From sequence record MH159197.1: a stretch of 64,000 nucleotides of DNA; one strand, given 5' to 3'. Position numbers and translations under genes: made by a program. This stretch comes from Staphylococcus phage VB_SavM_JYL01. Below are positions 45,520 to 53,056 of the stretch, piece after piece. Under the pieces are notes generated by a model, which saw only the letters and a list, made by a program, of their open reading frames with translations, was not told the origin of the DNA and searched no databases. Numbering within the stretch: the first letter of the stretch is position 1; the number at the start of each line of letters is the position of its first letter.

Positions 45520-45600
45520 GGCAGGGGTAAAATGCCACTCAATGGGGGTGGGTCTATATACCCCTACGGTCTACCCAGGTACTTATTTTTTGGGGAAAAT
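45520..45600. repeat. GC-rich structured element, third diverged copy of the repeat core
   Basis: gggtctatatacccctacggtctacccaggtac aligns with copy B ggtctttcccgtaacccctcttgggctaccctggta. It is followed by ttattttttgggg. Confidence 0.4.
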
Positions 45601-45620
45601 TATGAAAATAAATATTTAAA

Positions 45621-45742
45621 AGTCAACACATAAAATATAGAAAGTAAGTCAACATCCCTTATAATAAGTCAACATTATAACCTTACTTGGTAAGTCAACA
45701 ATTTATAGTACAAATATAAAGCCTCTAAATATAAAGTCAACA
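45621..45742. repeat. five direct repeats of (T/A)AAGTCAACA at irregular spacing (26/20/26/42 bp)
   Basis: Copies lie at 45621, 45647, 45667, 45693 and 45735. The reverse complement TGTTGACTT matches the left-side copy atgttgactaataagg at 35007-35024. Confidence 0.65.
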
Positions 45743-45783
45743 TATATAAAATAAGAAGAGAGGTATATCCTCTCCTCTCTTAA

Positions 45784-46074
45784 CTAGATAAGTACGATTC
45801 TATTATTTAGTTCCTGTTCTATTCTATTTAAATGCTCCCAAACCTCAATCCAGTTTACTCTTGAATCATCATAATAAAGGTGGAAATCTTGAGGGTTTTC
45901 TAAATATGCTTCTAGTTCATCATAGTATAGAACATCAAAAGCTGTGTCATCAAGACCTATTTGAATCTTTAGTATATCTCTATATCCTAATTGTTTATTA
46001 CCGCAATAAGCTGTATCTTCTAACCGCTTCTCTAGTTTATTAAATAGTGTTTGTATACCTTGTAGTTCATTCAT
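45784..46074 (-). CDS. hypothetical protein
   Basis: 96-aa ORF with an SD aggagg (RC) 9 nt before the start. It contains one GAAGCGG motif. Confidence 0.6.
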   Translation of the reverse strand: MNELQGIQTLFNKLEKRLEDTAYCGNKQLGYRDILKIQIGLDDTAFDVLYYDELEAYLENPQDFHLYYDDSRVNWIEVWEHLNRIEQELNNRIVLI

Positions 46075-46163
46075 AATGTATGACCTCCTAATTGATTATA
46101 TACTTAGTATAAAGGATAGGTGTTAGAATGTCAACCTTTATATATAAAAAAAGAGAAAGAATA

Positions 46164-46412
46164 TTATTCTTCCTCTAAGGTATTACTAATAACTTCTAAT
46201 TCATGAATAGTAATCATATCCATTCTATCGAATCCTCTTGGGTCTCCTTTAATGAACTCTTGTTCTCCTCTATGGGTTATACTTTCTTTGTATCCTTCTT
46301 CTTTAATACGTTTAATTAAGTTCTCCTTATTTGTGTATATCTCATCTTCCCTGAAATGGAAATTATCTTCATAAGGTTCACAATTATCGTGTTCTACTTG
46401 ATATAGTTTCAT
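46164..46412 (-). CDS. hypothetical protein
   Basis: 82-aa ORF with an SD aaggagg (RC). Confidence 0.55.
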   Translation of the reverse strand: MKLYQVEHDNCEPYEDNFHFREDEIYTNKENLIKRIKEEGYKESITHRGEQEFIKGDPRGFDRMDMITIHELEVISNTLEEE

Positions 46413-46427
46413 ATTAGTTATCCTCCT

Positions 46428-46673
46428 TTACTCTCTATAATAATCATATATTTCTAAGTAAGGTGAGAATGGTGAGTCACCTCTAGTATTAATAATAACT
46501 TCTCCCTCTTTGTTACTTAACTCTATAAGCTCTTCTAAGCTATTAATTTCTACACACCAACGTTCTATAGTAAATGGATTACCTTTTTGGTCTACACGTT
46601 CTAATTCCTTTATATAGGCACCTTCTATAGGCTTTTTATTAATTGTGCTTGTTCTATCTATAAAAAATTCCAT
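46428..46673 (-). CDS. hypothetical protein
   Basis: 81-aa ORF with an SD aaggagg (RC). Confidence 0.55.
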   Translation of the reverse strand: MEFFIDRTSTINKKPIEGAYIKELERVDQKGNPFTIERWCVEINSLEELIELSNKEGEVIINTRGDSPFSPYLEIYDYYRE

Positions 46674-46689
46674 TAGTTACCCTCCTTTT

Positions 46690-46803
46690 TTAAAATTTAA
46701 TAACTACTTCTATCTTTACACTAGGTTCTTTTTGTTTTGCTAATTGTTTTGCAATTAAATCTTTATTTTTTAGTTCTTCTTGTATTTCATACATAGACTT
46801 CAT
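46690..46803 (-). CDS. 37-aa small protein (start MKSMYEIQ)
   Basis: An SD aaggagg (RC) sits 8 nt before the internal ATG of the track ORF 46690..46878. Confidence 0.35.
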   Translation of the reverse strand: MKSMYEIQEELKNKDLIAKQLAKQKEPSVKIEVVIKF

Positions 46804-46805
46804 GC

Positions 46806-47048
46806 TTAATCCTCCTTTATATTCTCTTCTAATATTTGTTTTAATGTTTGACAATCTTTTTGGTCTAGGGTGTCCCAACTCTCTAGATTCTGTAATTGAT
46901 AGTGGAGTTCATTTGCAATTTCATCGAAGGCTTTTGCTTTTTGATAGACTTCTTGTAACTCTTCTAATTCTTTTTCATTATCAATACACCAGTAGTTCTC
47001 GTTGTCAGTTATAATATCTTGAATTTTATTTTTATATTCATAAGCCAT
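46806..47048 (-). CDS. hypothetical acidic protein
   Basis: 80-aa ORF with an SD aggaggg (RC). Confidence 0.5.
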   Translation of the reverse strand: MAYEYKNKIQDIITDNENYWCIDNEKELEELQEVYQKAKAFDEIANELHYQLQNLESWDTLDQKDCQTLKQILEENIKED

Positions 47049-47239
47049 TATTTATCCCTCCTATCTTCTATCCTTTGTTTTATCTCTTCTCTCTTGCGGT
47101 GGTGTTCTTTACTCATTTCTTTACGTTCCTTATTTGTTAATCTTATTCTATAAATAAGGTAATTAATATATAATGTTCCGGCTGACCATAGTAGTAGAAA
47201 TGATATTAGGTAAGTCCATGAGACACTTATTTCTATCAT
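47048..47239 (-). CDS. small membrane protein
   Basis: 63-aa ORF with one TM helix and a basic tail. The SD is aaggaggg (RC). Confidence 0.5.
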   Translation of the reverse strand: MIEISVSWTYLISFLLLWSAGTLYINYLIYRIRLTNKERKEMSKEHHRKREEIKQRIEDRRDK

Positions 47240-47721
47240 TGTGAGCCCTCCTTATATTCTTTATAACTTTTAATAACAATCTTACAGATACCTCTATTAA
47301 CAGCTAAGAATAACATAAATAATAATAAAGTTATAACTGCTCTAATGTCTCCTGTAAAAGGTAATAATTTAAATAGTAAAACACTTTCTAAAATACTTGT
47401 AGCTGTAATAATTGTAAGATATAAGATAGATAGTAAATAATCTTTTAATTTTAGTTTAACGAAAGGTTTTTTATTATCTTGTGTTCTTACTATACCATAT
47501 AGAATTATAAACCATGCAACAGGTATGAGCTGAGTTATAAAGTCATTGTTTATGCCTAATGCATATAAACCATAAATGATACCCGCAGGAATACCAATAA
47601 TGAATGCTAAGAATACAGAGAATATAATTAGCATTATAGGAAGAGCTACAAGTAATCCTAATCCTTGTATTGAATACTCTAGTGTATTCTTTCCTAAGGC
47701 TTTAAAGAATGTTTTATTCAT
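47236..47721 (-). CDS. polytopic membrane protein
   Basis: 161-aa ORF with 4-5 TM helices. The SD is aggaggtag (RC). Confidence 0.6.
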   Translation of the reverse strand: MNKTFFKALGKNTLEYSIQGLGLLVALPIMLIIFSVFLAFIIGIPAGIIYGLYALGINNDFITQLIPVAWFIILYGIVRTQDNKKPFVKLKLKDYLLSILYLTIITATSILESVLLFKLLPFTGDIRAVITLLLFMLFLAVNRGICKIVIKSYKEYKEGSQ

Positions 47722-47968
47722 CTTCTACCTCCTTGTAATATACAGTATCTATATGAGTAATATTATCTTTAAACCATAGAGATGTATCCCCTTTGTTAGA
47801 CTCTAAAGTTTTAGCACCATTAAAAACAAGACCCTCAATAAAAGAATTTAAATTAGTTTTAGTATCTTTTTGTTGTACAATAATAGAAGACCCTGATACA
47901 TCACAAATTCTTATAAAATTAATATCTTTTTTTATTTCTTTTTCTACTTTATTATTTTTAAATATCAT
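47714..47968 (-). CDS. hypothetical protein
   Basis: 84-aa ORF. Confidence 0.5.
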   Translation of the reverse strand: MIFKNNKVEKEIKKDINFIRICDVSGSSIIVQQKDTKTNLNSFIEGLVFNGAKTLESNKGDTSLWFKDNITHIDTVYYKEVEDE

Positions 47969-48426
47969 TATAATTCCCCCTCTATATAATCAACTGTTTT
48001 AATATACTCACTATTTTTTAGTACCTTTTTCACATTTTCACTAATAAATTTTTCTTGCTCTATTTCATCTATTTTTGTCTGTATTCTAAGATACAACACT
48101 TTGGGAACACATGAAGGGTTTTCTAGCTCTTCTTCTGTAACTGAGTCGGTAAAACTTGCCATATCATCATTAGCTAGAATAAGACAATCTGTTATTCTAG
48201 TCAATTCCTCTCCATCAGGTTTATAATATATAACTTCATAAATCTCTTCATTTTTAAATAACTCCTCACGAGGTATTCTTCTAGAGGTAAAGCTATAACC
48301 ATTTTTAAAGGTGATAATTGTATTTTGAGTTTCTCTTAAAAATACTCTTAAAGTATTTTCAAAAATATCCCATTTTTTCTTTTCTTCATCTGTTATAGTT
48401 ATATTTTCCTTGCTTTTTTTAAACAT
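47968..48426 (-). CDS. hypothetical protein
   Basis: 152-aa ORF with an SD gaggagg (RC). Confidence 0.55.
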   Translation of the reverse strand: MFKKSKENITITDEEKKKWDIFENTLRVFLRETQNTIITFKNGYSFTSRRIPREELFKNEEIYEVIYYKPDGEELTRITDCLILANDDMASFTDSVTEEELENPSCVPKVLYLRIQTKIDEIEQEKFISENVKKVLKNSEYIKTVDYIEGEL

Positions 48427-48431
48427 CGTTA

Positions 48432-48863
48432 TTATTCCTCCTCTTCTTCTATAGAATTACTTTCCGTAATAGTTACTTCTAGCATACTATTGTAATACTC
48501 ATTCTTTTGATTAATATTATAGTTATCATTATATTCATTGAAGTCTACATAAATGTATTCATTTGTTCCATCTTCATAAATAATATCTATAGCTGTAATA
48601 TCTGAATAAGCTGTAATCATTTCATAAGCATTTGTATTATCGGGGTAAGAAAAACCAACTTGAGGTATTTCTTTAGGCTTATTAATGAGAATACCAAAGT
48701 AAGTACAATGACGTGTTCTATTTATGTGTGAAGTCCCTTTATACGTACCATAGTAATCTATTCCTCCTGTAACACCTTCTATATGGAACCTGTTTACATC
48801 TTTAGGTTCTAACCTTACTACATCACAATTTTCTAATACTAAGTCTATATATTTTATATCCAT
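48432..48863 (-). CDS. hypothetical protein
   Basis: 143-aa ORF with an SD aaaaggagag (RC). Confidence 0.55.
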   Translation of the reverse strand: MDIKYIDLVLENCDVVRLEPKDVNRFHIEGVTGGIDYYGTYKGTSHINRTRHCTYFGILINKPKEIPQVGFSYPDNTNAYEMITAYSDITAIDIIYEDGTNEYIYVDFNEYNDNYNINQKNEYYNSMLEVTITESNSIEEEEE

Positions 48864-48878
48864 TTTAACTCTCCTTTT

Positions 48879-49373
48879 TTATTTGTATTTGTTGTATACA
48901 CAATGTACTCGAACGTCTTCCATTACTTTACCTAATAGATTCTGACCTTTCCAGTTACTCTCATCTAATATTTTAGGGTCACTTGCTTTAAGACCTACTC
49001 CCCATATTTTATCATAAGGTGATGCCTCTACGAAATCTTTACGTAAATCTGTATCGAGTATTTCCCGTTTTAAGTGTGTAGTCATAAATTTACCTTTAAC
49101 CACTTCTACCATAATGTCATATCTTACCTTATTCCATTGCTCTTCATTAAAATTACGAACTTTACGACCTAGACTTTTAGCATGGTTCGGATTCTTAGCA
49201 TTTAATATTTCTCCTGCTATTTGCCAGTCTTTAAAATATTGCGCTTTGCGCCACATAAAAGCTTGTTCTGAGTTATTAAATGTTCTCCCTTTATGTTTAA
49301 ATGTTATTGGGTAAAAGTTAGAATAAATATCTTCCTTACCCCAAAACATAATGTATCTGCTTGTTTCTTTCAT
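48879..49373 (-). CDS. NADAR (DUF1768/YbiA-like) domain protein
   Basis: FWGKEDIYSNFYPITFKHKGRTFNNSEQAFMWRKAQYF matches the NADAR core (SNF...SEQAFM.RKA). Confidence 0.7.
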   Translation of the reverse strand: MKETSRYIMFWGKEDIYSNFYPITFKHKGRTFNNSEQAFMWRKAQYFKDWQIAGEILNAKNPNHAKSLGRKVRNFNEEQWNKVRYDIMVEVVKGKFMTTHLKREILDTDLRKDFVEASPYDKIWGVGLKASDPKILDESNWKGQNLLGKVMEDVRVHCVYNKYK

Positions 49374-49385
49374 AATATCTCTCCT

Positions 49386-49790
49386 TTAATTCCATAATGA
49401 TGGTAACACAATTTTGAAATTATCTAATATTTTATTTTGTACTTGTTCAAGCTCATCATACTTATCCATATCAAAATCATCCATTTCTTCATGATAATAT
49501 TGTATTAAGCTTAAAATATGTTTTATCATATCTATTTGTGTTCTTTCTTCACCATCTACATCTACAAAAGTATTCCATTCCATATCTATACAAGAACGTT
49601 CACTACTTTCTATAAAGGCATTTAAATCGGCATATAATTGAACAAAAAAGGACATATCATAGTTCCAATACTTAGGTTCATTTCTTCCTAATTTTTTATT
49701 CATTTTTCTATACTTTTTATTTCTCTTTAACCCAAAAACTTCTTTTTCAAAATCATTTAATTTTAAACCTTTAAAATATTTTTTCTTCAT
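49386..49790 (-). CDS. hypothetical protein
   Basis: 134-aa ORF with an SD aaggag (RC). Confidence 0.55.
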   Translation of the reverse strand: MKKKYFKGLKLNDFEKEVFGLKRNKKYRKMNKKLGRNEPKYWNYDMSFFVQLYADLNAFIESSERSCIDMEWNTFVDVDGEERTQIDMIKHILSLIQYYHEEMDDFDMDKYDELEQVQNKILDNFKIVLPSLWN

Positions 49791-50494
49791 ATATAATCCT
49801 CCAATTTAATAAGTGGTAAATCTATATCTCTAAATACAGAACCTACGTCACACAGCAGTATATCATTATGTTCTTCTACTTCACCACTACTAGTAGGTGT
49901 ATGACCACACACATATATAAATCCATCTTTTCTAGGTTGGAAGTCTCTAGACCATATTAACTGGTCTACTGTTTGTTCTTCTATAGGCTTCCAACTAACT
50001 CCTCCTGAGTGAGAAAATATATACTTACCTTCTTTATAATACTTTCTACAGTTGACCATAAGTATTTTAAACTTTCTATAATCTTCAGATTCTTTAAGTT
50101 TTTTTAGTTCACTTTTAATAAAATCATAATGATTTCTTAAATTATCTTCTACACTTTTATATTTTAAAGTTACAGTACTAACACCGTAAGAGTTAAGTGT
50201 TTCTATGCAATACCTTGATAACCATTCAATATCATAGATACTTAACCGGTCTACGTTTTCCATAATATTATAAAACTCATCATCGTGATTTCCTAGTAAA
50301 GCTACTACATTATCATCATTTGATAGTAAATCAAACATGTAGTTAACAACGTCTTTTGACCTTTTACCTCTATCTACGTAATCTCCTAGAAATACAATAG
50401 TATCTTCAGGTCTTCTTTCTTCATTTATCTTACTCATTAATGTTAGTAGTTTATTATACTCTCCGTGAATATCAGGAACCACGTATATAGCCAT
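49787..50494 (-). CDS. PPP-family Ser/Thr protein phosphatase (lambda-phosphatase-like metallophosphatase)
   Basis: Motifs VVPDIHGE, GDYVDRG, GNHDDEF and GHTP are present. The SD is aggagg (RC). Confidence 0.85.
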   Translation of the reverse strand: MAIYVVPDIHGEYNKLLTLMSKINEERRPEDTIVFLGDYVDRGKRSKDVVNYMFDLLSNDDNVVALLGNHDDEFYNIMENVDRLSIYDIEWLSRYCIETLNSYGVSTVTLKYKSVEDNLRNHYDFIKSELKKLKESEDYRKFKILMVNCRKYYKEGKYIFSHSGGVSWKPIEEQTVDQLIWSRDFQPRKDGFIYVCGHTPTSSGEVEEHNDILLCDVGSVFRDIDLPLIKLEDYI

Positions 50495-50551
50495 TTAATC
50501 TCCTCCTTACTGTATATAACTATCTTACCATACTTAGTAAAAAAAGTCAAT

Positions 50552-50586
50552 AAAAAAACACCTATTTGAATTAATAGGTGTTTTAG
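50552..50586 (-). terminator. rho-independent terminator (bidirectional: A-run / T-run flanks)
   Basis: aaaaaa-acacctatt-tgaatta-aataggtgt-tttt. The same stem sequence recurs at 52503. Confidence 0.7.
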
Positions 50587-50589
50587 TAT

Positions 50590-52458
50590 TTACTTATATG
50601 TTATTTTAATAGGGATTGGTTTATATACAATTCTCCCATCAAATTCCGTATTACTAAGTTCTAACTCAGTAACAAAGTTAGATATTAGCTCTGTTCTATT
50701 ATATTCAGTACCTTCTTCACTTGTAGGTACCGAGAACCAGTAGAAATAATTACTTGCTGTTTCGTTAGGATTTGTTAATTGTGTTCCGTTAACTTCAATA
50801 TTTTGTACCTTTTTACCTGTTAAGTTTAACTGACTTTCATTGATATTAATCATGAAACTTTGGTCTTGTTTCCAAGACATCTTGATAGGTGTTAGTGTAA
50901 CTGTAAATGTCCCATCTTCATTATCTATAGGTGTAATTACGGGCATACTTGGTTCTGATGGTGTAGGGGTTGTTCCTTCTGTTGGTATAGAATTATCTTC
51001 TATATTTATATCTGAGCCTTTTATTCCAGTATTAGATATATCTGTAAAATATAGAGTCATATAGTCTCTTAAATACTCTATCCTACCATCATTAACAATA
51101 TCTATAGTATCTAAACCTTTTTTAAACTCTGATACTAAGCTAGTTTTATTGTAATCATTTCCATCCTCATAGTTAGGTAACGTGTACCAATAAGGTGAAT
51201 TCTCTAATACACCATTAGGGTCATTTATTTGATGCTCATTGTATACTACTTTTAATACTTTATTTTTTGATAGGTCTATATCTTCTTTATTTATATTAAT
51301 AATGAAGCTTTGGTCTTCCTTATGAAATATACCTGTTGGTCTTATTACCTTTGTAAATACACCATTACCTAAATCTTGTATTTCATGGTTTATTATAGGT
51401 TTTTCTATTCTAGAACCTAATACTGCTTTTAATTCTAAAAAGGGCTGTATAAGATTAGAAAGCCATTCATGCCCTGCTGTATTAGGATGTAACCCATCTG
51501 CAGGACTGCTATCAGAAGAGAAAAAAACATTATTAACATTAGAATCCCAAACCCTTATATTACTATCATGGTATAAATCTAAAACAGGAAAAGAAAATAA
51601 TTTAGCTATATCTTTGATAACTTGAACAAGCTCTCCTAGTGTATACCCTTTACTATTTGTATTTTCTTTGTACGGATTACTTTCTATCCTAGGTGTAGGG
51701 GTTAAAACTACTATTGGTGTAGTAGGAAATTCTCTTGATAACTGAAGATAAGTATAATAAATGGAGCCTGCTACAGTACCATAACTATGTTCCTTAGAAT
51801 TTCCTAACTCCCTATTATTACCTCCGACAACCCCATAATCATTTGTACCTAGCATTATACAAATAAAATCAGGTTGTTCTGTAATGTCATATGCTACATT
51901 TTTTCTATCTTGGTAACCTGTACCACTTATACCTAGATTACGGACTTCTAAACCAGTCCTATTTGCAATGAAACCATGATAATTATTTCGAGTTCTTCCA
52001 TTTATTTCAGTAATACTATCACCGATAAATAGTCCTATTTTATTTTCCAAAGGAGAAATACGTTTACCTCTAATCTCACTTTTAAGGTCAACTATTTTCC
52101 CTTCAGTACTATTTTTTACAATATCTATAACATCATAATAAAGGTTACCATAAAAATAGTCATCTATACTATTTTCTAACCCTTCTATATTTTGTGCAGT
52201 TATTGTTGTTGGACTTTCTACATTATAGCTTACTATAAGTATTTTCTCAGTAGAATTCTTTAAAGTAGAGAACCCTGGAACATCAACGTGTATTGATTCT
52301 TTACCATTTATATCCCAACATACTTTAAAATCACCTTCTTTATACACAGTATCAGGTGTTAAATTGTCTATAGTTATCTCCCCTATAGAACCTTCAATAT
52401 ATTGGCTTTCTTTGAGTAGCTCATTATTTTTATTATAAATTTTAAGTTTTTTTGACAT
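50590..52458 (-). CDS. SGNH/GDSL-hydrolase domain protein with an N-terminal Ig-like domain shared with 7247 and 7774
   Basis: SGNH blocks IGLFIGDSITE, MLGTNDY and DGLHPNTAGH are present. The N-terminus MSKKLKIYNKNNELL...GDFKV...VDVPGF matches the paralogs. The SD is aagggg (RC). Confidence 0.7.
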   Translation of the reverse strand: MSKKLKIYNKNNELLKESQYIEGSIGEITIDNLTPDTVYKEGDFKVCWDINGKESIHVDVPGFSTLKNSTEKILIVSYNVESPTTITAQNIEGLENSIDDYFYGNLYYDVIDIVKNSTEGKIVDLKSEIRGKRISPLENKIGLFIGDSITEINGRTRNNYHGFIANRTGLEVRNLGISGTGYQDRKNVAYDITEQPDFICIMLGTNDYGVVGGNNRELGNSKEHSYGTVAGSIYYTYLQLSREFPTTPIVVLTPTPRIESNPYKENTNSKGYTLGELVQVIKDIAKLFSFPVLDLYHDSNIRVWDSNVNNVFFSSDSSPADGLHPNTAGHEWLSNLIQPFLELKAVLGSRIEKPIINHEIQDLGNGVFTKVIRPTGIFHKEDQSFIININKEDIDLSKNKVLKVVYNEHQINDPNGVLENSPYWYTLPNYEDGNDYNKTSLVSEFKKGLDTIDIVNDGRIEYLRDYMTLYFTDISNTGIKGSDINIEDNSIPTEGTTPTPSEPSMPVITPIDNEDGTFTVTLTPIKMSWKQDQSFMININESQLNLTGKKVQNIEVNGTQLTNPNETASNYFYWFSVPTSEEGTEYNRTELISNFVTELELSNTEFDGRIVYKPIPIKITYK

Positions 52459-52502
52459 TTAAATACCCCTTTTTTACTTTATCTATTTATAATATATCAA
52501 AA

Positions 52503-52532
52503 TAAAAAACACCTATTAATGAAAATAGGTGT
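52503..52532 (-). terminator. rho-independent terminator
   Basis: aaaaaa-acacctat-taatgaaa-ataggtgt. On the - strand it is followed by a T-run. Confidence 0.65.
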
Positions 52533-52639
52533 CCGACAGAGCTCCCGTACTTAGATTACGGTTAATAATATTTTACGACAATTATATGAGACCCTCTGTC
52601 GTTAAAACACTCGTCACTGCGTTATTCCACAAGATATTT

Positions 52640-52900
52640 TAGAAGTTAGCTTGTGGAAGAAGATTGTTTTTTATGATTTCTACCTTCTCGTATGGTGAGA
52701 GGCATACTCTCATATTTAGATACGGAATGGAAGGATACTACCATCCGGAGTCTACGGTCAGATACAAAGCCTCTGCCGGGCAACATACGGTATCTCTCGT
52801 ACATCAGGTTGACTAGACCTTTATAGATTTTCACTCCTTCTCTTATAACCAGTAACTTAAGAGAAATAGGTTTTACTTAGTAGATATGAAACAATAAATC
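52640..52900. ncRNA. candidate structured RNA locus (GC about 48% in a 30% GC genome, no credible ORF); strand unresolved
   Basis: Several nested stem-loops are present, for example cgtat-g-gtgagag-gcata-ctctca-...-atacg. On the - strand an 8-bp long-range stem cgacagag/ctctgtcg (52534/52595) flanks it, closing onto terminator 52503. Confidence 0.2.
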
Positions 52901-52976
52901 CACATATAATATTAAATCATAGTCAAGTGATTGCACATATGTCTAATACCTATAAGTTTTTTGCTAGCCTGGTATA

Positions 52977-53048
52977 TGGACTCTGTAGGATTCGAACCTA
53001 CAGTCAAACCGTTATGAGCGGTTGGCTTTACCTTTAAGCTAAGAGTCC
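52977..53048 (-). tRNA. tRNA-Met (anticodon CAU), elongator-type (or a lysidine tRNA-Ile2; cannot be distinguished)
   Basis: The RC reads GGACTCT-TA-GCTT-AAAGGTA-AAGC-C-AACCG-CTCATAA-CGGTT-TGACT-GTAGG-TTCGAAT-CCTAC-AGAGTCC-A. All four stems are perfect, G1-C72 is paired, and CCA is not encoded. Confidence 0.8.
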
Positions 53049-53056
53049 TAGAAATA

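Larger units (their letters stand above)
35000..46100. repeat. putative long terminal repeat / host-takeover region (single copy visible; boundaries approximate)
   Basis: Large ORF-free tracts, tandem paralogous small genes and a repeated promoter/leader cassette are present. About 29 copies of GAAGCGG/CCGCTTC are confined to 35.2-46.0 kb. The region lies between the end of the rightward array and the start of the leftward arm, as in Herelleviridae LTRs. Confidence 0.4.

Noticed and set aside
52646-52834. 62-aa minus-strand ORF in the GC-rich segment
   Set aside because: The GTG start directly abuts its SD with spacing 0. The Arg-rich composition reflects local GC richness. The region is more likely RNA-coding or regulatory.
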